Shown: positions 46,468 to 57,066, numbered from the stretch's first letter. The stretch is DNA of 64,000 bases from Kiritimatiellia bacterium (GCA_046484345.1 JAWOJA010000010.1:1811-65810); one strand, 5' to 3'. The notes: generated from the sequence alone by a model not told the origin. Numbers and translations: made by a program.

Positions 46468-47514
46468 TTATTTCTGAATCGCCCTGATCGCGCCGAGCAG
46501 CTTCGTGATCTCCGCATCCGTTCCCACGGTGATGCGAATGTAACCGGGATGCCAGTCCTTGGGATTGTACCGCACCAGGATCCGGCGTTGCCGAAGGGCC
46601 TCGAACAAAACTTTCGCCGCCACGCGCGTGGGCCGCACCCACACAAAGTTCGCCTGCGAAGGCGTGATGACAAAGCCCAGCCGTTCCAGTTCCCGGACCA
46701 GCCGAACGCGGCTCTTGAGTATCCGCCCGACCTGCCGCCGCATGTAGGGCATGTCGTCCAGCGCGGCCAGCGCCGCCGTCTGCGTCAACACATTGACATT
46801 GTAGGAATCCTTAAGCTTCAGCAGGGTGTCGATCAGCGGGCGGGGCCCCACCGCATAACCCAAGCGGATCCCGGCCAGGCCGAACGACTTGGACAGCGTC
46901 CGCAGCACCAGCACGTTGGGAAATGCGTTCGCCAGCTCCATATGGTTCCAGTCGCAAAAATCCACATAGGCCTCGTCAATCACCACCAGACCTTTGAAGC
47001 TCGCGCAGAACCTCCTCACCTCGCGAGCCGGATAGGCCACGCCCGTGGGATTGTTGGGCGACGTGATGAAAAACACCGACGCCCGGAAGGAGGCCGGCAT
47101 ACGCCAGCCGAAATCCGCCCCCAGCGGAACCTTCTTCATCGGCACGCCGATGGAATCGGCCAGCACATCGTAAAGCGAATAGGAGGGGCTGAACATGCCC
47201 AGCGCCCCGTTGTTCTCAACGAACGCCAAGGTGATCAGCCGCAGGACCTCGTCCGACCCGTTCCCCACGAAAATCTGCTCCGGCTCCACGCCGTGCAGGG
47301 CCGCCAGCTTTGTTCTAATCTGGGAACAAACCGGATCGGGATAAAGGCGCAACCGCGCGGGATCAAGCGCCCGCAGCGACCGGGCCGCCTTCGGCGAGGG
47401 CGGGTACGGATTCTCGTTCGTGTTCAGCTTGACCAGGTCCCGGCCCGCCATCTGCTCGCCGGGCGTGTAACCGGCCATGAGCCGGATGTTGCGTCGAATC
47501 AGCGATTTCTTCAC
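46468..47514 (-). CDS. hisC: Histidinol-phosphate aminotransferase
   Basis: 348 aa. LNTNENPYPP and PLP-lysine region VLRTLSKSFGLAGIRLGY. Confidence 0.9.
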   Translation of the reverse strand: MKKSLIRRNIRLMAGYTPGEQMAGRDLVKLNTNENPYPPSPKAARSLRALDPARLRLYPDPVCSQIRTKLAALHGVEPEQIFVGNGSDEVLRLITLAFVENNGALGMFSPSYSLYDVLADSIGVPMKKVPLGADFGWRMPASFRASVFFITSPNNPTGVAYPAREVRRFCASFKGLVVIDEAYVDFCDWNHMELANAFPNVLVLRTLSKSFGLAGIRLGYAVGPRPLIDTLLKLKDSYNVNVLTQTAALAALDDMPYMRRQVGRILKSRVRLVRELERLGFVITPSQANFVWVRPTRVAAKVLFEALRQRRILVRYNPKDWHPGYIRITVGTDAEITKLLGAIRAIQK

Positions 47515-48812
47515 TTACCGAACCTTGCCTTCCCGGATGCCGCGTGGGCGTCCAACCCCTCCACACGGCCGAACACCTCGATAATCGGCAACGCCCGCAT
47601 CAGCGCGGCGCGCGAATACCGCACCACGCTGATGCGCCGGACAAAATCGTTCACTGTCAGCCCGGAGAACAAAGCCGCCGTACCGCCCGTGGGCAGCACA
47701 TGGCTGGGGCCGGCCGTGTAATCCCCCACGCACTCGGGCGTCCAGGGGCCCAAAAACACAGCGCCCGCACGCGTGATCCGCGGCAGCAGCCGCCCGGGAT
47801 TCCGCACCATCAGCTCCAGGTGCTCCGGCGCAAACTCATTACACAGGGCGACGCCCTCCTCCAAGTCCCCCACCACGGCGAACAGGATGCCGCCGCGCTT
47901 CATGACCTCGGCAATGGCCGGGGCGCGGCCCAGCCGCTGGGCCTGCTCCAGCAAGGCCTTTCGCACCGCTTCGGCAAACGGCAGACTGTCGGTCACCAGC
48001 AGGGCCTTCTCGTGGCCCGTGCCATGCTCCGCCTGGGAAAGCAAGTCGGCGGCCGCGAAACCGGGGTTGGCGGCCCCGTCGGCCAGCACCGCAATCTCAC
48101 TGGGCCCGGCCACGGAATCGAGCGCCACATCGCCGTAGACCAGTTTCTTGGCCGCCGTGACGAACGCGCCGCCGGGGCCCACTATTTTCTGGACCTTCGC
48201 AATCGTCCGGGTGCCGTAGGCCATCAGGCCGATGGCCTGGATGCCGCCCACGCGATACACCTCCGTGGCTCCCGCGAGTTTCAACGCGTGCAGCACATGC
48301 GGGTTCACGGTTCCGTCAAAACCGGCGGGCGTGCAGGCCACGATTTCGCGCACCCCGGCCGTCTTCGCCAGCGTCACCGTCATCAGCACGGTGGAGGCCA
48401 GCGGTGCGGCCCCCCCGGGAACGTAGACGCCAATGCGGTCGTACGGCACAAACCGCTCGCCCAGCCGAGCGCCCCGGCCGTCGTTCATCGTCCAGTTCCG
48501 GCGCAAGCCCGCCCGCGCAAAAGCGCGGATGCGCTTGTGCGCCTCGGCCGCGGCCCGACGAAAAGAAACATCCACCGCTCTTGAGGCTGCCGCCAACTCG
48601 GCATCCGACACGCGCAGGTCCCGGGCCATCATGCGGTCGAACCGCTTCGTGTATTCCCGCACGGCAATATCCCCGCGCTTCCGGATGTCGGCCAGCACGT
48701 CGCGGGCGGTGTTCTCCGCGGCCGCATCAACCGCCGGCCGCCGCAAAAACTTCCCGATCCGGGCGCCGCCTCGGCGCCGCGACCACGCCACAATCTTCAC
48801 GTTGTCCGTCAT
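47511..48812 (-). CDS. hisD: Histidinol dehydrogenase
   Basis: 433 aa. Motifs are typical of HisD (GGTAALFSGLTVNDF, QAEHG). Confidence 0.9.
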   Translation of the reverse strand: MTDNVKIVAWSRRRGGARIGKFLRRPAVDAAAENTARDVLADIRKRGDIAVREYTKRFDRMMARDLRVSDAELAAASRAVDVSFRRAAAEAHKRIRAFARAGLRRNWTMNDGRGARLGERFVPYDRIGVYVPGGAAPLASTVLMTVTLAKTAGVREIVACTPAGFDGTVNPHVLHALKLAGATEVYRVGGIQAIGLMAYGTRTIAKVQKIVGPGGAFVTAAKKLVYGDVALDSVAGPSEIAVLADGAANPGFAAADLLSQAEHGTGHEKALLVTDSLPFAEAVRKALLEQAQRLGRAPAIAEVMKRGGILFAVVGDLEEGVALCNEFAPEHLELMVRNPGRLLPRITRAGAVFLGPWTPECVGDYTAGPSHVLPTGGTAALFSGLTVNDFVRRISVVRYSRAALMRALPIIEVFGRVEGLDAHAASGKARFGK

Positions 48813-49528
48813 GGCCTCGCTCCTTCTCCGGCGCCGTCCGCGGGCACCTCAATCCGGCTTACTTTCACAACCCCCTCGCGCGACCCCGCCTCGAACCGCA
48901 CCCGCTTCATCAGCGCGCTCAACCGCGAGGCCACTCCCGTTTCGGGAACAGGCGGCAAAATAAAGACGTGCGCCGCGCGGCCGTCCGGCCCGCCCTGGAC
49001 CCGCACGGTCGCCGACCAGGCGCCCGGGGCCGGCCACAGGGCCGCATCGGCCAGGTCGTCGGGCAGGACAAGGCCGCCGCCCTCCACCACGGTCGCCACC
49101 ATTCCCCAGGCCGGCGCGCCGGCCGGGGCGGGCCGGAAAACCGGTGCCTCGTCCTGCTCGGGCCGGAAGACCGGAGCCTCGTTTTTTGCCAGGGTCGGCA
49201 GGGCGTTATCGGCCCCCGTTTCACGGGGCAGGAAAACAGGGTCCGCCAGGCGGGAGCCCAGGGTGGTGGTCATACGCGGATCGCCGGGCTGCACGGTCCG
49301 GCTGAAACCAATCTTGGAAGGCAGTGAAAAATGGATCGGCGCCAGCGCCGTGCGGGCCGCGTTCTCGCGCACATACATCACCCGGCAGCGCGCCGGCGGC
49401 AGGGGAATCGCCGGCCGCGGCTTCACATACCAAAGGGCAATCAGGACCAGCAGGATGGCCACGAGCAGGATGCCCGCGCCCGAGGCCAGAAAATCCCGGC
49501 TGGTCCGTGGATCCGCATAGGCGGTCAT
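48809..49528 (-). CDS. TonB-like energy-transducer candidate (N-terminal TM anchor, Pro-rich repeats, C-terminal domain)
   Basis: ILLVAILLVLIALWY anchor. Repeats APVFRPEQDE/APVFRPAPAG. Position immediately downstream of exbB-exbD. Confidence 0.5.
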   Translation of the reverse strand: MTAYADPRTSRDFLASGAGILLVAILLVLIALWYVKPRPAIPLPPARCRVMYVRENAARTALAPIHFSLPSKIGFSRTVQPGDPRMTTTLGSRLADPVFLPRETGADNALPTLAKNEAPVFRPEQDEAPVFRPAPAGAPAWGMVATVVEGGGLVLPDDLADAALWPAPGAWSATVRVQGGPDGRAAHVFILPPVPETGVASRLSALMKRVRFEAGSREGVVKVSRIEVPADGAGEGARP

Positions 49529-50031
49529 GGCGTCTCCCCGCCGGAGGGCCGCGTGGCCACGTAGACCTGGGGAATACCCGAGGCCGCCGCCAGGTTGATC
49601 AAATTGACCATGGTGCCGTGCCGGACCTGCCGGTCGGCCTCGATGATCATGGCCTGGCCGGGCTTGTTCTGCGCGGCCGCGCCGAGGACACGCTTCACCT
49701 TGTCCGCCGCGTCGGCCTGGCCCAGCAAAAACCGCTCGTCGTCAAAAAACAGGATCTCCTCCGCGTCCCGGTTGTCCGCCGTCGCCTGGACAACCACCAC
49801 GGCCATCAGCCCGTAGGGGGAAATGCCGTCGTTGAAAGGTGACTCGGGCAACCGGATATGCAGGCCGGGCTGAAGCACGAAACGAGAGGCGAGCAGCAGG
49901 AAAAAAATCAACAGCAGGGCCACGTCGACCCAGGGGGCCGTCGTGACCAGACCCCGGTTGACCCGGTTGGGCGGACGGTAGGTCTCGAAGGTCCGCGCCT
50001 GCCAGTGAAATTGGGAGGGAAGATCATTCAC
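49525..50031 (-). CDS. exbD: Biopolymer transport protein ExbD/TolR
   Basis: 168 aa. Single TM helix plus a periplasmic ExbD-fold domain (QAMIIEADRQVRHGTMVNLINLAAASGI). Confidence 0.85.
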   Translation of the reverse strand: MNDLPSQFHWQARTFETYRPPNRVNRGLVTTAPWVDVALLLIFFLLLASRFVLQPGLHIRLPESPFNDGISPYGLMAVVVVQATADNRDAEEILFFDDERFLLGQADAADKVKRVLGAAAQNKPGQAMIIEADRQVRHGTMVNLINLAAASGIPQVYVATRPSGGETP

Positions 50032-50656
50032 GGTTCCCTCCCGGCCGGGCCTTGGCAGATTGGAAAAAGGCGGTGATCTCGGAGGCCGCCCGTTCCATGT
50101 CGAGCACGATTTTCTCCACCTTGTTGACGAGCAGGTTATAGCCGCCGTAGGCGGGGATGGCCACCAGCAAGCCCAGGGCGGTGGTCACCAGCGCCTGCAT
50201 CAGCCATCCGGACAGGTCGGCAAACTGAACGAGGGGCCCCCGCTGGTTCATGACCAGCAGCGCGCGCACGAGCCCGAGAACCGTGCCCAGCAGGCCGATG
50301 AGCGGCGAGAGCTGGGCCGTTGTGGCGAGGACCGCGAGGCGGCGCTCCATGCGCGAGATCTCCGCGCGGCCAGCATTGTCCAGGGCCCGCTTGAAGGCCT
50401 CCGGCTCGTTTTCGCGGTGGAGGATGGCGGTCTTTCCCAAATAGGCGACGGGGCCGGGCGTCTCATCGCAGATCTTGAGCCCCTCCTCCACATGTCCGTA
50501 CTGCAGGTTGCGGAAGAGGCCCTCCAGGAAATCCTCGGACCGGATCTTCGCGCGGTGCAAATGAAGAAGACGCTCCAGGAAGACGAGAAGACCGATTGCG
50601 CCCAGCGCCAAAAGCACCAACACCAGGGGGCCGCCCTGCAATAAAACCTTTATCAT
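50024..50656 (-). CDS. exbB: MotA/TolQ/ExbB proton-channel protein
   Basis: 210 aa. Conserved TM2-3 region LATTAQLSPLIGLLGTVLGLVRAL. Confidence 0.85.
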   Translation of the reverse strand: MIKVLLQGGPLVLVLLALGAIGLLVFLERLLHLHRAKIRSEDFLEGLFRNLQYGHVEEGLKICDETPGPVAYLGKTAILHRENEPEAFKRALDNAGRAEISRMERRLAVLATTAQLSPLIGLLGTVLGLVRALLVMNQRGPLVQFADLSGWLMQALVTTALGLLVAIPAYGGYNLLVNKVEKIVLDMERAASEITAFFQSAKARPGGNRE

Positions 50657-50671
50657 GATGAGCCTCGTCCT

Positions 50672-53215
50672 TTAAAAGAAACGCCAGTGTTTCCGCTGAA
50701 TGTCTTCGATCCGGCGCCGCGCGTCACCCGCCGCGGCCACGCCGGCATCCACCACCCGCTGATATAGGCGCACGGCCTGCCGCCACCGGCCGCGCCCTTC
50801 CTGGATTGCCGCCGCCTCGAACACGGCGCGCGTGAACCAGGCCGTGCACGATTCATTCATCGGCTTGCCGGCGTTGCGGGCCTCCAGATACGGCAGAATG
50901 ACCTGGGTGTAGTACTGCTCGAACGCCTCGTCGATCCGCCCCGTCTTCTGCCTGGATCGGCCCATCTTGAAAGCCGCCTGAAGACGCAGTTCAAAGGGGG
51001 CCTTGAGATTCTCGGCGATCTCCTTGTACGACTTCAGGGCGTCCTCGAACCGGGCCGGATCCTCCGCGCCGAGATTAAACTGCCAATCTCCGCGACGGCC
51101 CATGGCGGCAAAGGCGAGGAAGGAATCCGGCTGGCGCCGGATGACCTCGTCGAGCAGGGCGATCGCGCCGGCATAGTTCCCCAGTTCGCCCAAAGCTTCG
51201 GCCTGATAAAACTCGGCCTCGCTCCTCTTGGAGTGCTCGGGATACTCCCGCACCAAGCGCGCATCCAGCTCGATGGACCTCTTGAATTGCCGGCTGGCCC
51301 CGGCGGCCCGGGCAGCCCAGAAGAGCGCCTCGCCGGCCAGCGGATCCCGGGGATAGCCGTCGGCCACCGCCAAAAACTGCCGCTCGGCCGCCTCGTAGGC
51401 GGCCCGGTTGAACTCGAATTCCGCCTGGCGAAACCGCACCTGCGGGATCCAGGTGGAGTTGGTGTGGGAGGCGATGAAGGCCTCCGCCAGCTTTTGCGCG
51501 CGTTCATCGTTGAACCACTCGAAGGCGGCGCAGACGCGCATGTACGCGGCGTTCTCGGCGTGGGTGCTGTCCGGAAAACGGGCGACCACCGAAGCGAAGT
51601 CATCGTATGCCGAATCAAAGAGGTACAGCTGGTAGCTGACCAGTCCGCGATTATACAAGGCCACCGCCCGTCGCGAGCTGTTCGAATAGACGGACAGGAA
51701 GCGGTCGTAGGCCGCCTTGGCCGCCGGCAGCGAGCCGGCATCCTGCTGCAGCTCGGCCATGCGCAGGGCCGCCCGGCCGGCCAGCTCGGTGCCCGCCTCC
51801 TCTTTTTCGATCTGCGCAAAAAGATTCTGCGCCTCCTTCACCCGGCCCAGCCGCGCCTCGGTTTCGGCAAACTGGAAGCGCACCTCGCGGGCGAGCTCGG
51901 GCGAGACGGACGATTCCAAAACGGTTCGATAGCGCTCGGAAGCCAGCAGGAACTGCCCGTTCGCAAAATAGGCGTCCCCCGCCTTGTACAGCAACCGGCT
52001 GCGGCGGGCGGGATCAACGGCCAAAGCCGAGGCCTTCTCAAAGCCGTCCGCCGCCTCCGAGAACCGGCTCAAACCCGACAGCGCCCAGGCGCGGCCGTCC
52101 AACGCTTCGATCACACCGGTCGCATTGGTGAAACTTTCCAGGTAATAGCGGTAATGGGCCTCCGCTTCTCCCGCCTGGCCGGCATCCAGAAAAGCACGGG
52201 CAACGGCCAGTTGCAAAACCGGGGCGCCGGGATCCGAGGGGTCCTCCGCAATCACGATCCGCAGCAACTCCGCCCCCTCCTTCAAGGCCCCGCCGCGCAT
52301 CAGCAACCGGCCCAGCGCCGTGCGGGCCCGTCGCACGCCCTGAGGCTCCACAGCCAGGGCCAGCGCGTTGGACGCCGACGCGCAGGCCGCGCCCCAGTTC
52401 GTGCGCGCCTCCTCCCACTCCGCGCGGGTCAGCCACGCCTCCAGGCGCAAGACGGGCGGAACCGACGGATCCAGCAACGGCTCCAGGGCCTTTTCGGCCG
52501 CCGCCCCCTGCCCCTGCCCCGCCAACGCGCGGGCCATGCCCAACTGCGCAAGCTCCTGCACCGGACGCGCGGGCTTCCGGTCCAACAGATTCTTTAAAAC
52601 GACAGCCGCCTGGGCGTGCCGACCGGTCACCATCAAGGCGCCGGCCCAATCCACCGTGTTGGAGCCCCGGGCCGGATCGGACAGTTTTACCGCCTCCCAA
52701 GCGGCAAAGGCCTGGTCCGCCTCGGGCCATTTCGCCTGCCGCAAGAGGATCCAGGCGCGTAGGCGGCGGGCATCCAACGCGAGGACACCGGCATTCACAT
52801 CAAAATCGGGCGCATCCAGTTCGGCGGCGGCCTCATCCAACGACCCCAGCTCGTAAAGCGCCAGGGCCCGGTAATAATGATAGGCTGCTGCGGGTTCGCC
52901 CTGACGCGGGGCCGCCTTGGCCGGCAACGCCGCCAGCATCTCGCGCGGGGCCTTGCGGCCATAAGCCGCCCGAGCCAGTCCGATCCGGGCTTCAGCTCCC
53001 GAGGGCGAGTCCTCCGGCACCGCCTCCAGCGCCTGCTGGAACAATTTTTCAGCCAGTTCGAACTGGGCGTCCTCCAGGGCCGCCCGCCCCTGCAGGGCCA
53101 GACGTTCCGTTTCGGAAGACGCGGCGGCTGCCACGAAGGCGACCAACGACAGGCAACCGGCCAGCATCAGCACCCGCGGCAGCCTGCGCCCGCTCTTAAC
53201 TGCTCGTTCAAACAT
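50672..53215 (-). CDS. Large secreted tetratricopeptide-repeat (TPR) protein
   Basis: 847 aa. Signal peptide. Numerous 34-residue TPR-like units (AxxYY/GxA periodicity). Confidence 0.8.
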   Translation of the reverse strand: MFERAVKSGRRLPRVLMLAGCLSLVAFVAAAASSETERLALQGRAALEDAQFELAEKLFQQALEAVPEDSPSGAEARIGLARAAYGRKAPREMLAALPAKAAPRQGEPAAAYHYYRALALYELGSLDEAAAELDAPDFDVNAGVLALDARRLRAWILLRQAKWPEADQAFAAWEAVKLSDPARGSNTVDWAGALMVTGRHAQAAVVLKNLLDRKPARPVQELAQLGMARALAGQGQGAAAEKALEPLLDPSVPPVLRLEAWLTRAEWEEARTNWGAACASASNALALAVEPQGVRRARTALGRLLMRGGALKEGAELLRIVIAEDPSDPGAPVLQLAVARAFLDAGQAGEAEAHYRYYLESFTNATGVIEALDGRAWALSGLSRFSEAADGFEKASALAVDPARRSRLLYKAGDAYFANGQFLLASERYRTVLESSVSPELAREVRFQFAETEARLGRVKEAQNLFAQIEKEEAGTELAGRAALRMAELQQDAGSLPAAKAAYDRFLSVYSNSSRRAVALYNRGLVSYQLYLFDSAYDDFASVVARFPDSTHAENAAYMRVCAAFEWFNDERAQKLAEAFIASHTNSTWIPQVRFRQAEFEFNRAAYEAAERQFLAVADGYPRDPLAGEALFWAARAAGASRQFKRSIELDARLVREYPEHSKRSEAEFYQAEALGELGNYAGAIALLDEVIRRQPDSFLAFAAMGRRGDWQFNLGAEDPARFEDALKSYKEIAENLKAPFELRLQAAFKMGRSRQKTGRIDEAFEQYYTQVILPYLEARNAGKPMNESCTAWFTRAVFEAAAIQEGRGRWRQAVRLYQRVVDAGVAAAGDARRRIEDIQRKHWRFF

Positions 53216-56069
53216 GATTCAACACCGATCGTAAGGCGGCACCCGTAAAGGAGGCAGTCGAAGAGGCCACCTCTTCCGGCGTTCCGCAAGCCGTGAGCCG
53301 CCCCCCGTGAACACCCCCTTCGGGTCCCAAATCTATAATATAGTCGGCGGACTTGATCACGTCGAGATGATGTTCGATCACGACCACGGTATTGCCGCCA
53401 TCGCGCAGCCGGGTCAAAACCCGCAGCAGGCTGTCCACATCCGCCGCATGCAGCCCGGTGGTGGGCTCATCCATCAGGTACAGGGTCTTGCCCGTGGCCT
53501 GGCGAGAGAGTTCCGCCGACAGCTTCACCCGCTGGGCTTCGCCGCCCGAAAGCGTGGTGGCCGACTGCCCCAGCCCCAGGTAGCCCAGCCCGACTTCCGA
53601 CAGGGTCTTCAATTTGCGGGCCACCCGGGGGATGGCTTCAAAAAAGACGAGCGCCTCGTCGACCGTCATCGCCAGCACGTCGGCAATCGTCTTGCCGCGG
53701 TAGCGGATTTCGAGGGTCTCACGGTTGAACCGCCGGCCCCCGCAGGCCTCGCACACCACGTAAACCTCGGGCAGAAATTGCATTTCCAGTTTCAGGGAGC
53801 CGTCGCCCCGGCAGGCCTCGCACCGGCCGCCCTTGACGTTGAAGCTGAACCGGCCCGGCCCGTATCCGCGCACTTTTGCCGCCGGCAGCGAGGCGAACAG
53901 GGTGCGGATGTCGACGTAGGCGCCGGTGTAGGTCACCGGGTTGCTGCGCGGCGTCCGGCCGATCGGGGACGGATCGATAACCACGAGCTTGTCGATCTTT
54001 TCCAGGCCCTCGATCCGTTCGTGCGCCCCCGGCCGCTCGCGGCTACCGTAAAGGCGGCGCGCCAGGGCCTTGCGGAGAATGTCGTCCACCAGTGTGCTTT
54101 TGCCGCTCCCCGAAACGCCGGTCACGCAAACGAACAGCCCCAGCGGAATCCGGACATCGATGCCCCGGAGGTTGTGCTCCGCGGCCCCCACGATGGTCAG
54201 GGCGTCGGGTCCCGGGCGCCGGCGCGCCGCGGGCACCGGGATGCGTTTGTTCCCATTAAGGTACTGCCCCGTGAGCGACCGCGGATGGGCCAGCACCTCC
54301 GCGGGCGGCCCCTGGGCCAGCAACTCCCCGCCGAGCCGGCCGGCGCCGGGGCCCAGGTCGATCAGGTAGTCGGCCTGGCGGATGGTGGACTCGTCGTGCT
54401 CCACGATCACCAGCGTGTTGCCCAGGTCGCGAAGGGCGAAGAGCATGTTCAACAGCCGCTCCTGGTCCCGGGCGTGCAGGCCAATGCTCGGCTCGTCGAG
54501 CACGTAGAGCACGCCGGTCAGGCCCGACCCGATTTGGGTGGCCAGCCGGATACGCTGCGCCTCGCCACCCGAAAGGGTGGCGCTTTCGCGCTCCAGGGTC
54601 AGGTAGTCGAGCCCCACTTTGTCCAGAAAGCCCAGCCGGGCGCGGATTTCCCGGACGGGCTCCGAAACCATGACCGCTTCGGTTGCGGAAAGGGTCAGCG
54701 ACTCGAAAAACGCCAGCGCGTCCCGTACCGATTTTTCGGCTATCTCGGCGATGGACGCCCCGCGCAGGAGGCAGGCCAGCGTTTCGGGTTTCAGGCGGCG
54801 GCCTTCGCATCCGTGGCAAGGCTGGCGGACCATGTAGCGGCGCAAGCCCTCGCGGGTGGTTTCGCTGTCGGTTTCGGCAAACCGGCGGGCGAGGTTGGGA
54901 ATAACGCCTTCAAACCCTTTTTTGTGGCGGCTCCACGCGGCGCCCTTCCATCGCCCGAAGGTGATGGTTTCGTCATCCGACCCCTGCATGAGCAGACGCC
55001 GGATCTTGGCGGGGAGCTCGCGATAGGGGGTGTCCAGGGAAAATCCGAAATGCTTGGCCAGCGCCCGCAACAAGCCGTTATAATAAATGATCAGGCGACG
55101 GCCGCCCCGTTTCCAGGCCTGGATGGCGCCGGCCTGGAGCGACAGCGCCGGATCGGGCACAATGACGCTTTCGTCGAACAGCAGGCGGGTCCCCAGGCCG
55201 AGGCATTCCGGGCACGCCCCGTAGGGGCTGTTGAAGGAAAAGTGGCTGGGCTTCAGCTCGTCGAACCGGAGGCCGCAGTCGGGGCATGCGTTTTTTTCGG
55301 AAAAAACAGTCTCGCTCCAGGAACCGTCGGGCTGCTCCGCCAGAGCCGACATCTGCCCCTCGCCCTCGCGCAAGGTGAGCTCCACGGAGTCGGCCAGGCG
55401 GGACCGGACGTTCTCGCCGATCACCACGCGGTCCACGACCAGATCCAGCGAATGTTTCTTTTTCGGGTCCAGTCCCGGCGCGGCGTCCAGTTCCTGGATT
55501 TTTCCGTCCAGCCGGACGCGCGTGAAACCCTTGCGCCGCACGAGGGCCAGGGCGGCCTTGCCGTCGCCCTTGAAATCGCGGGCCAGGGGGGCCAGGAGCT
55601 GAATCTTGGCGCCGGCGGGCAGGGCCAGCAGGGTCTGGACCACCTGTTCGGCATTCTGGCGCACCACGGGCTTGCCGCAGGAGGGGCAGTGGCGGCGGCC
55701 GATGGCGGCAAAAACCAGGCGCAGGTAGTCATGAATTTCCGTGGTGGTGGCCACGGTGGAGCGGGGATTGGAACCGCCTGAGCGCTGTTCGATGGCGACA
55801 GCCGGCGACAGGCCCTCGATGGCGTCCACATCGGGTTTCTGCAACTGGTCCAGGAACTGCCGCGCATAGACCGAGAGGCTTTCCACATACCGGCGTTGCC
55901 CCTCGGCGTACAGAGTGTCGAAGGCCAGGGAAGACTTGCCCGAGCCGCTTAACCCCGTAATGACCGTCAGGGCGTGGCGGGGGATGCGCACGGTGATGTT
56001 CTTCAGGTTGTGCTGGCGCGCTCCCTGCACAACGATCCATTCGCGGTCCTTCATTCCCCCATTAAACAT
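53208..56069 (-). CDS. uvrA: Excinuclease ABC subunit A
   Basis: Two ABC ATPase modules (GLSGSGKSSLAFDT and GVSGSGKSTLV) with zinc-finger insertions (CPSCGK..., CEACRGDG). Start chosen at ATG 56069 (GGGAGG RBS). ATG 56054 is an alternative. Confidence 0.9.
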   Translation of the reverse strand: MFNGGMKDREWIVVQGARQHNLKNITVRIPRHALTVITGLSGSGKSSLAFDTLYAEGQRRYVESLSVYARQFLDQLQKPDVDAIEGLSPAVAIEQRSGGSNPRSTVATTTEIHDYLRLVFAAIGRRHCPSCGKPVVRQNAEQVVQTLLALPAGAKIQLLAPLARDFKGDGKAALALVRRKGFTRVRLDGKIQELDAAPGLDPKKKHSLDLVVDRVVIGENVRSRLADSVELTLREGEGQMSALAEQPDGSWSETVFSEKNACPDCGLRFDELKPSHFSFNSPYGACPECLGLGTRLLFDESVIVPDPALSLQAGAIQAWKRGGRRLIIYYNGLLRALAKHFGFSLDTPYRELPAKIRRLLMQGSDDETITFGRWKGAAWSRHKKGFEGVIPNLARRFAETDSETTREGLRRYMVRQPCHGCEGRRLKPETLACLLRGASIAEIAEKSVRDALAFFESLTLSATEAVMVSEPVREIRARLGFLDKVGLDYLTLERESATLSGGEAQRIRLATQIGSGLTGVLYVLDEPSIGLHARDQERLLNMLFALRDLGNTLVIVEHDESTIRQADYLIDLGPGAGRLGGELLAQGPPAEVLAHPRSLTGQYLNGNKRIPVPAARRRPGPDALTIVGAAEHNLRGIDVRIPLGLFVCVTGVSGSGKSTLVDDILRKALARRLYGSRERPGAHERIEGLEKIDKLVVIDPSPIGRTPRSNPVTYTGAYVDIRTLFASLPAAKVRGYGPGRFSFNVKGGRCEACRGDGSLKLEMQFLPEVYVVCEACGGRRFNRETLEIRYRGKTIADVLAMTVDEALVFFEAIPRVARKLKTLSEVGLGYLGLGQSATTLSGGEAQRVKLSAELSRQATGKTLYLMDEPTTGLHAADVDSLLRVLTRLRDGGNTVVVIEHHLDVIKSADYIIDLGPEGGVHGGRLTACGTPEEVASSTASFTGAALRSVLNHV

Positions 56070-56194
56070 CACCGCGGCCTCCCATGCAATCCCGGAAGCC
56101 CGGGATGCGCGACAAGATTCTCCGTTGACAGATCCTTTGGGAACGTTCATTATTTGTATAAGATGAACATTGGGGACGACGGGAGGGACTGACC

Positions 56195-56425
56195 ATGGAT
56201 ACAGAATTGCTCAACGAGCAGGTTCAAGTGGAACGGAAGATGTTCACGCTTTCACTCCGCGAAAATCCACGCGGTCGTTTTTTAAGAATCACCGAAGATG
56301 TGGGCGGCCGGCGCGACACGATCATCATCCCCTCCACGGGCCTTTTTCAAGTGGCCGAAGCCCTCCGACGCGTGGTCGAAGCCGATACCAAAGCCGGCCC
56401 GCCTCAAATTCAACCGCCGGAATAA
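56195..56425 (+). CDS. PUR-alpha-like nucleic-acid-binding protein (DUF3276 family)
   Basis: 76 aa. KMFTLSLRENPRGRFLRITEDVGGRRDTIIIPSTGLF matches the bacterial PUR-repeat family. Confidence 0.55.
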   Translation: MDTELLNEQVQVERKMFTLSLRENPRGRFLRITEDVGGRRDTIIIPSTGLFQVAEALRRVVEADTKAGPPQIQPPE

Positions 56426-56441
56426 CCCCGCCTCGGGGGCA

Positions 56442-57053
56442 TCACGAAGAGGCCGCTTCCTTTTTCTCCAGCATTTCCCGAAGCCGTTTTCGCCAAGCGT
56501 TATGACGCGGCCATGCCTTCAGATAATCCAGCGTGCTCAAAGCCTCGCGAAGCTGGCCCGCCTCCTCCTGGAACCGGGCCAGGATCTCCAAATTTCCGGG
56601 ATCCCAGAAATGCCACTCCACATATTCCTCCCAAATCGCCACCGCCGCTTCGGGCGATTCGCGTGCTGCCAGGCGCGCTTTCAGATAATGCAGTTCCATA
56701 AGCCAGGGATTCAGGTCGGATCCACGGCCCACATAATACACCGTTTCGTTCCGCAACTGCTCGGCCGCTTGGGGATTGGGTGCCTTTTCAACCGCCGCAA
56801 AAGCGGTTTCCGCCGCCCGTATGCACAGGGCGTATTGGCGGGAGTAGGCGCGCAGGGATTGCCGTGAAAGGCGCAATACGGTTTCCGTGTCTGGCCGATC
56901 AAGAATGATGCGGGCATAAAGCCGATACGCCATGGTCGCCCGCACAGACCATATCCCGCCAAAAATGCCAAAGCAGATCAGGTAAATGCCTGCCATGCCC
57001 AGAATGGTTCTAACCTGGTAGGCGTCTTCGCTGTCTGACAGTGCCCTCTTCAA
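56442..57053 (-). CDS. Hypothetical membrane protein
   Basis: 203 aa. One N-terminal TM segment (ILGMAGIYLICFGIFGGIW). No recognisable domain. Confidence 0.45.
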   Translation of the reverse strand: MKRALSDSEDAYQVRTILGMAGIYLICFGIFGGIWSVRATMAYRLYARIILDRPDTETVLRLSRQSLRAYSRQYALCIRAAETAFAAVEKAPNPQAAEQLRNETVYYVGRGSDLNPWLMELHYLKARLAARESPEAAVAIWEEYVEWHFWDPGNLEILARFQEEAGQLREALSTLDYLKAWPRHNAWRKRLREMLEKKEAASS

Positions 57054-57066
57054 GAAAAAAGAGGCT

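Noticed and set aside
53307-55781. 824-aa plus-strand ORF antisense to uvrA
   Set aside because: Shadow ORF. UvrA ABC and zinc-finger motifs are on the minus strand.
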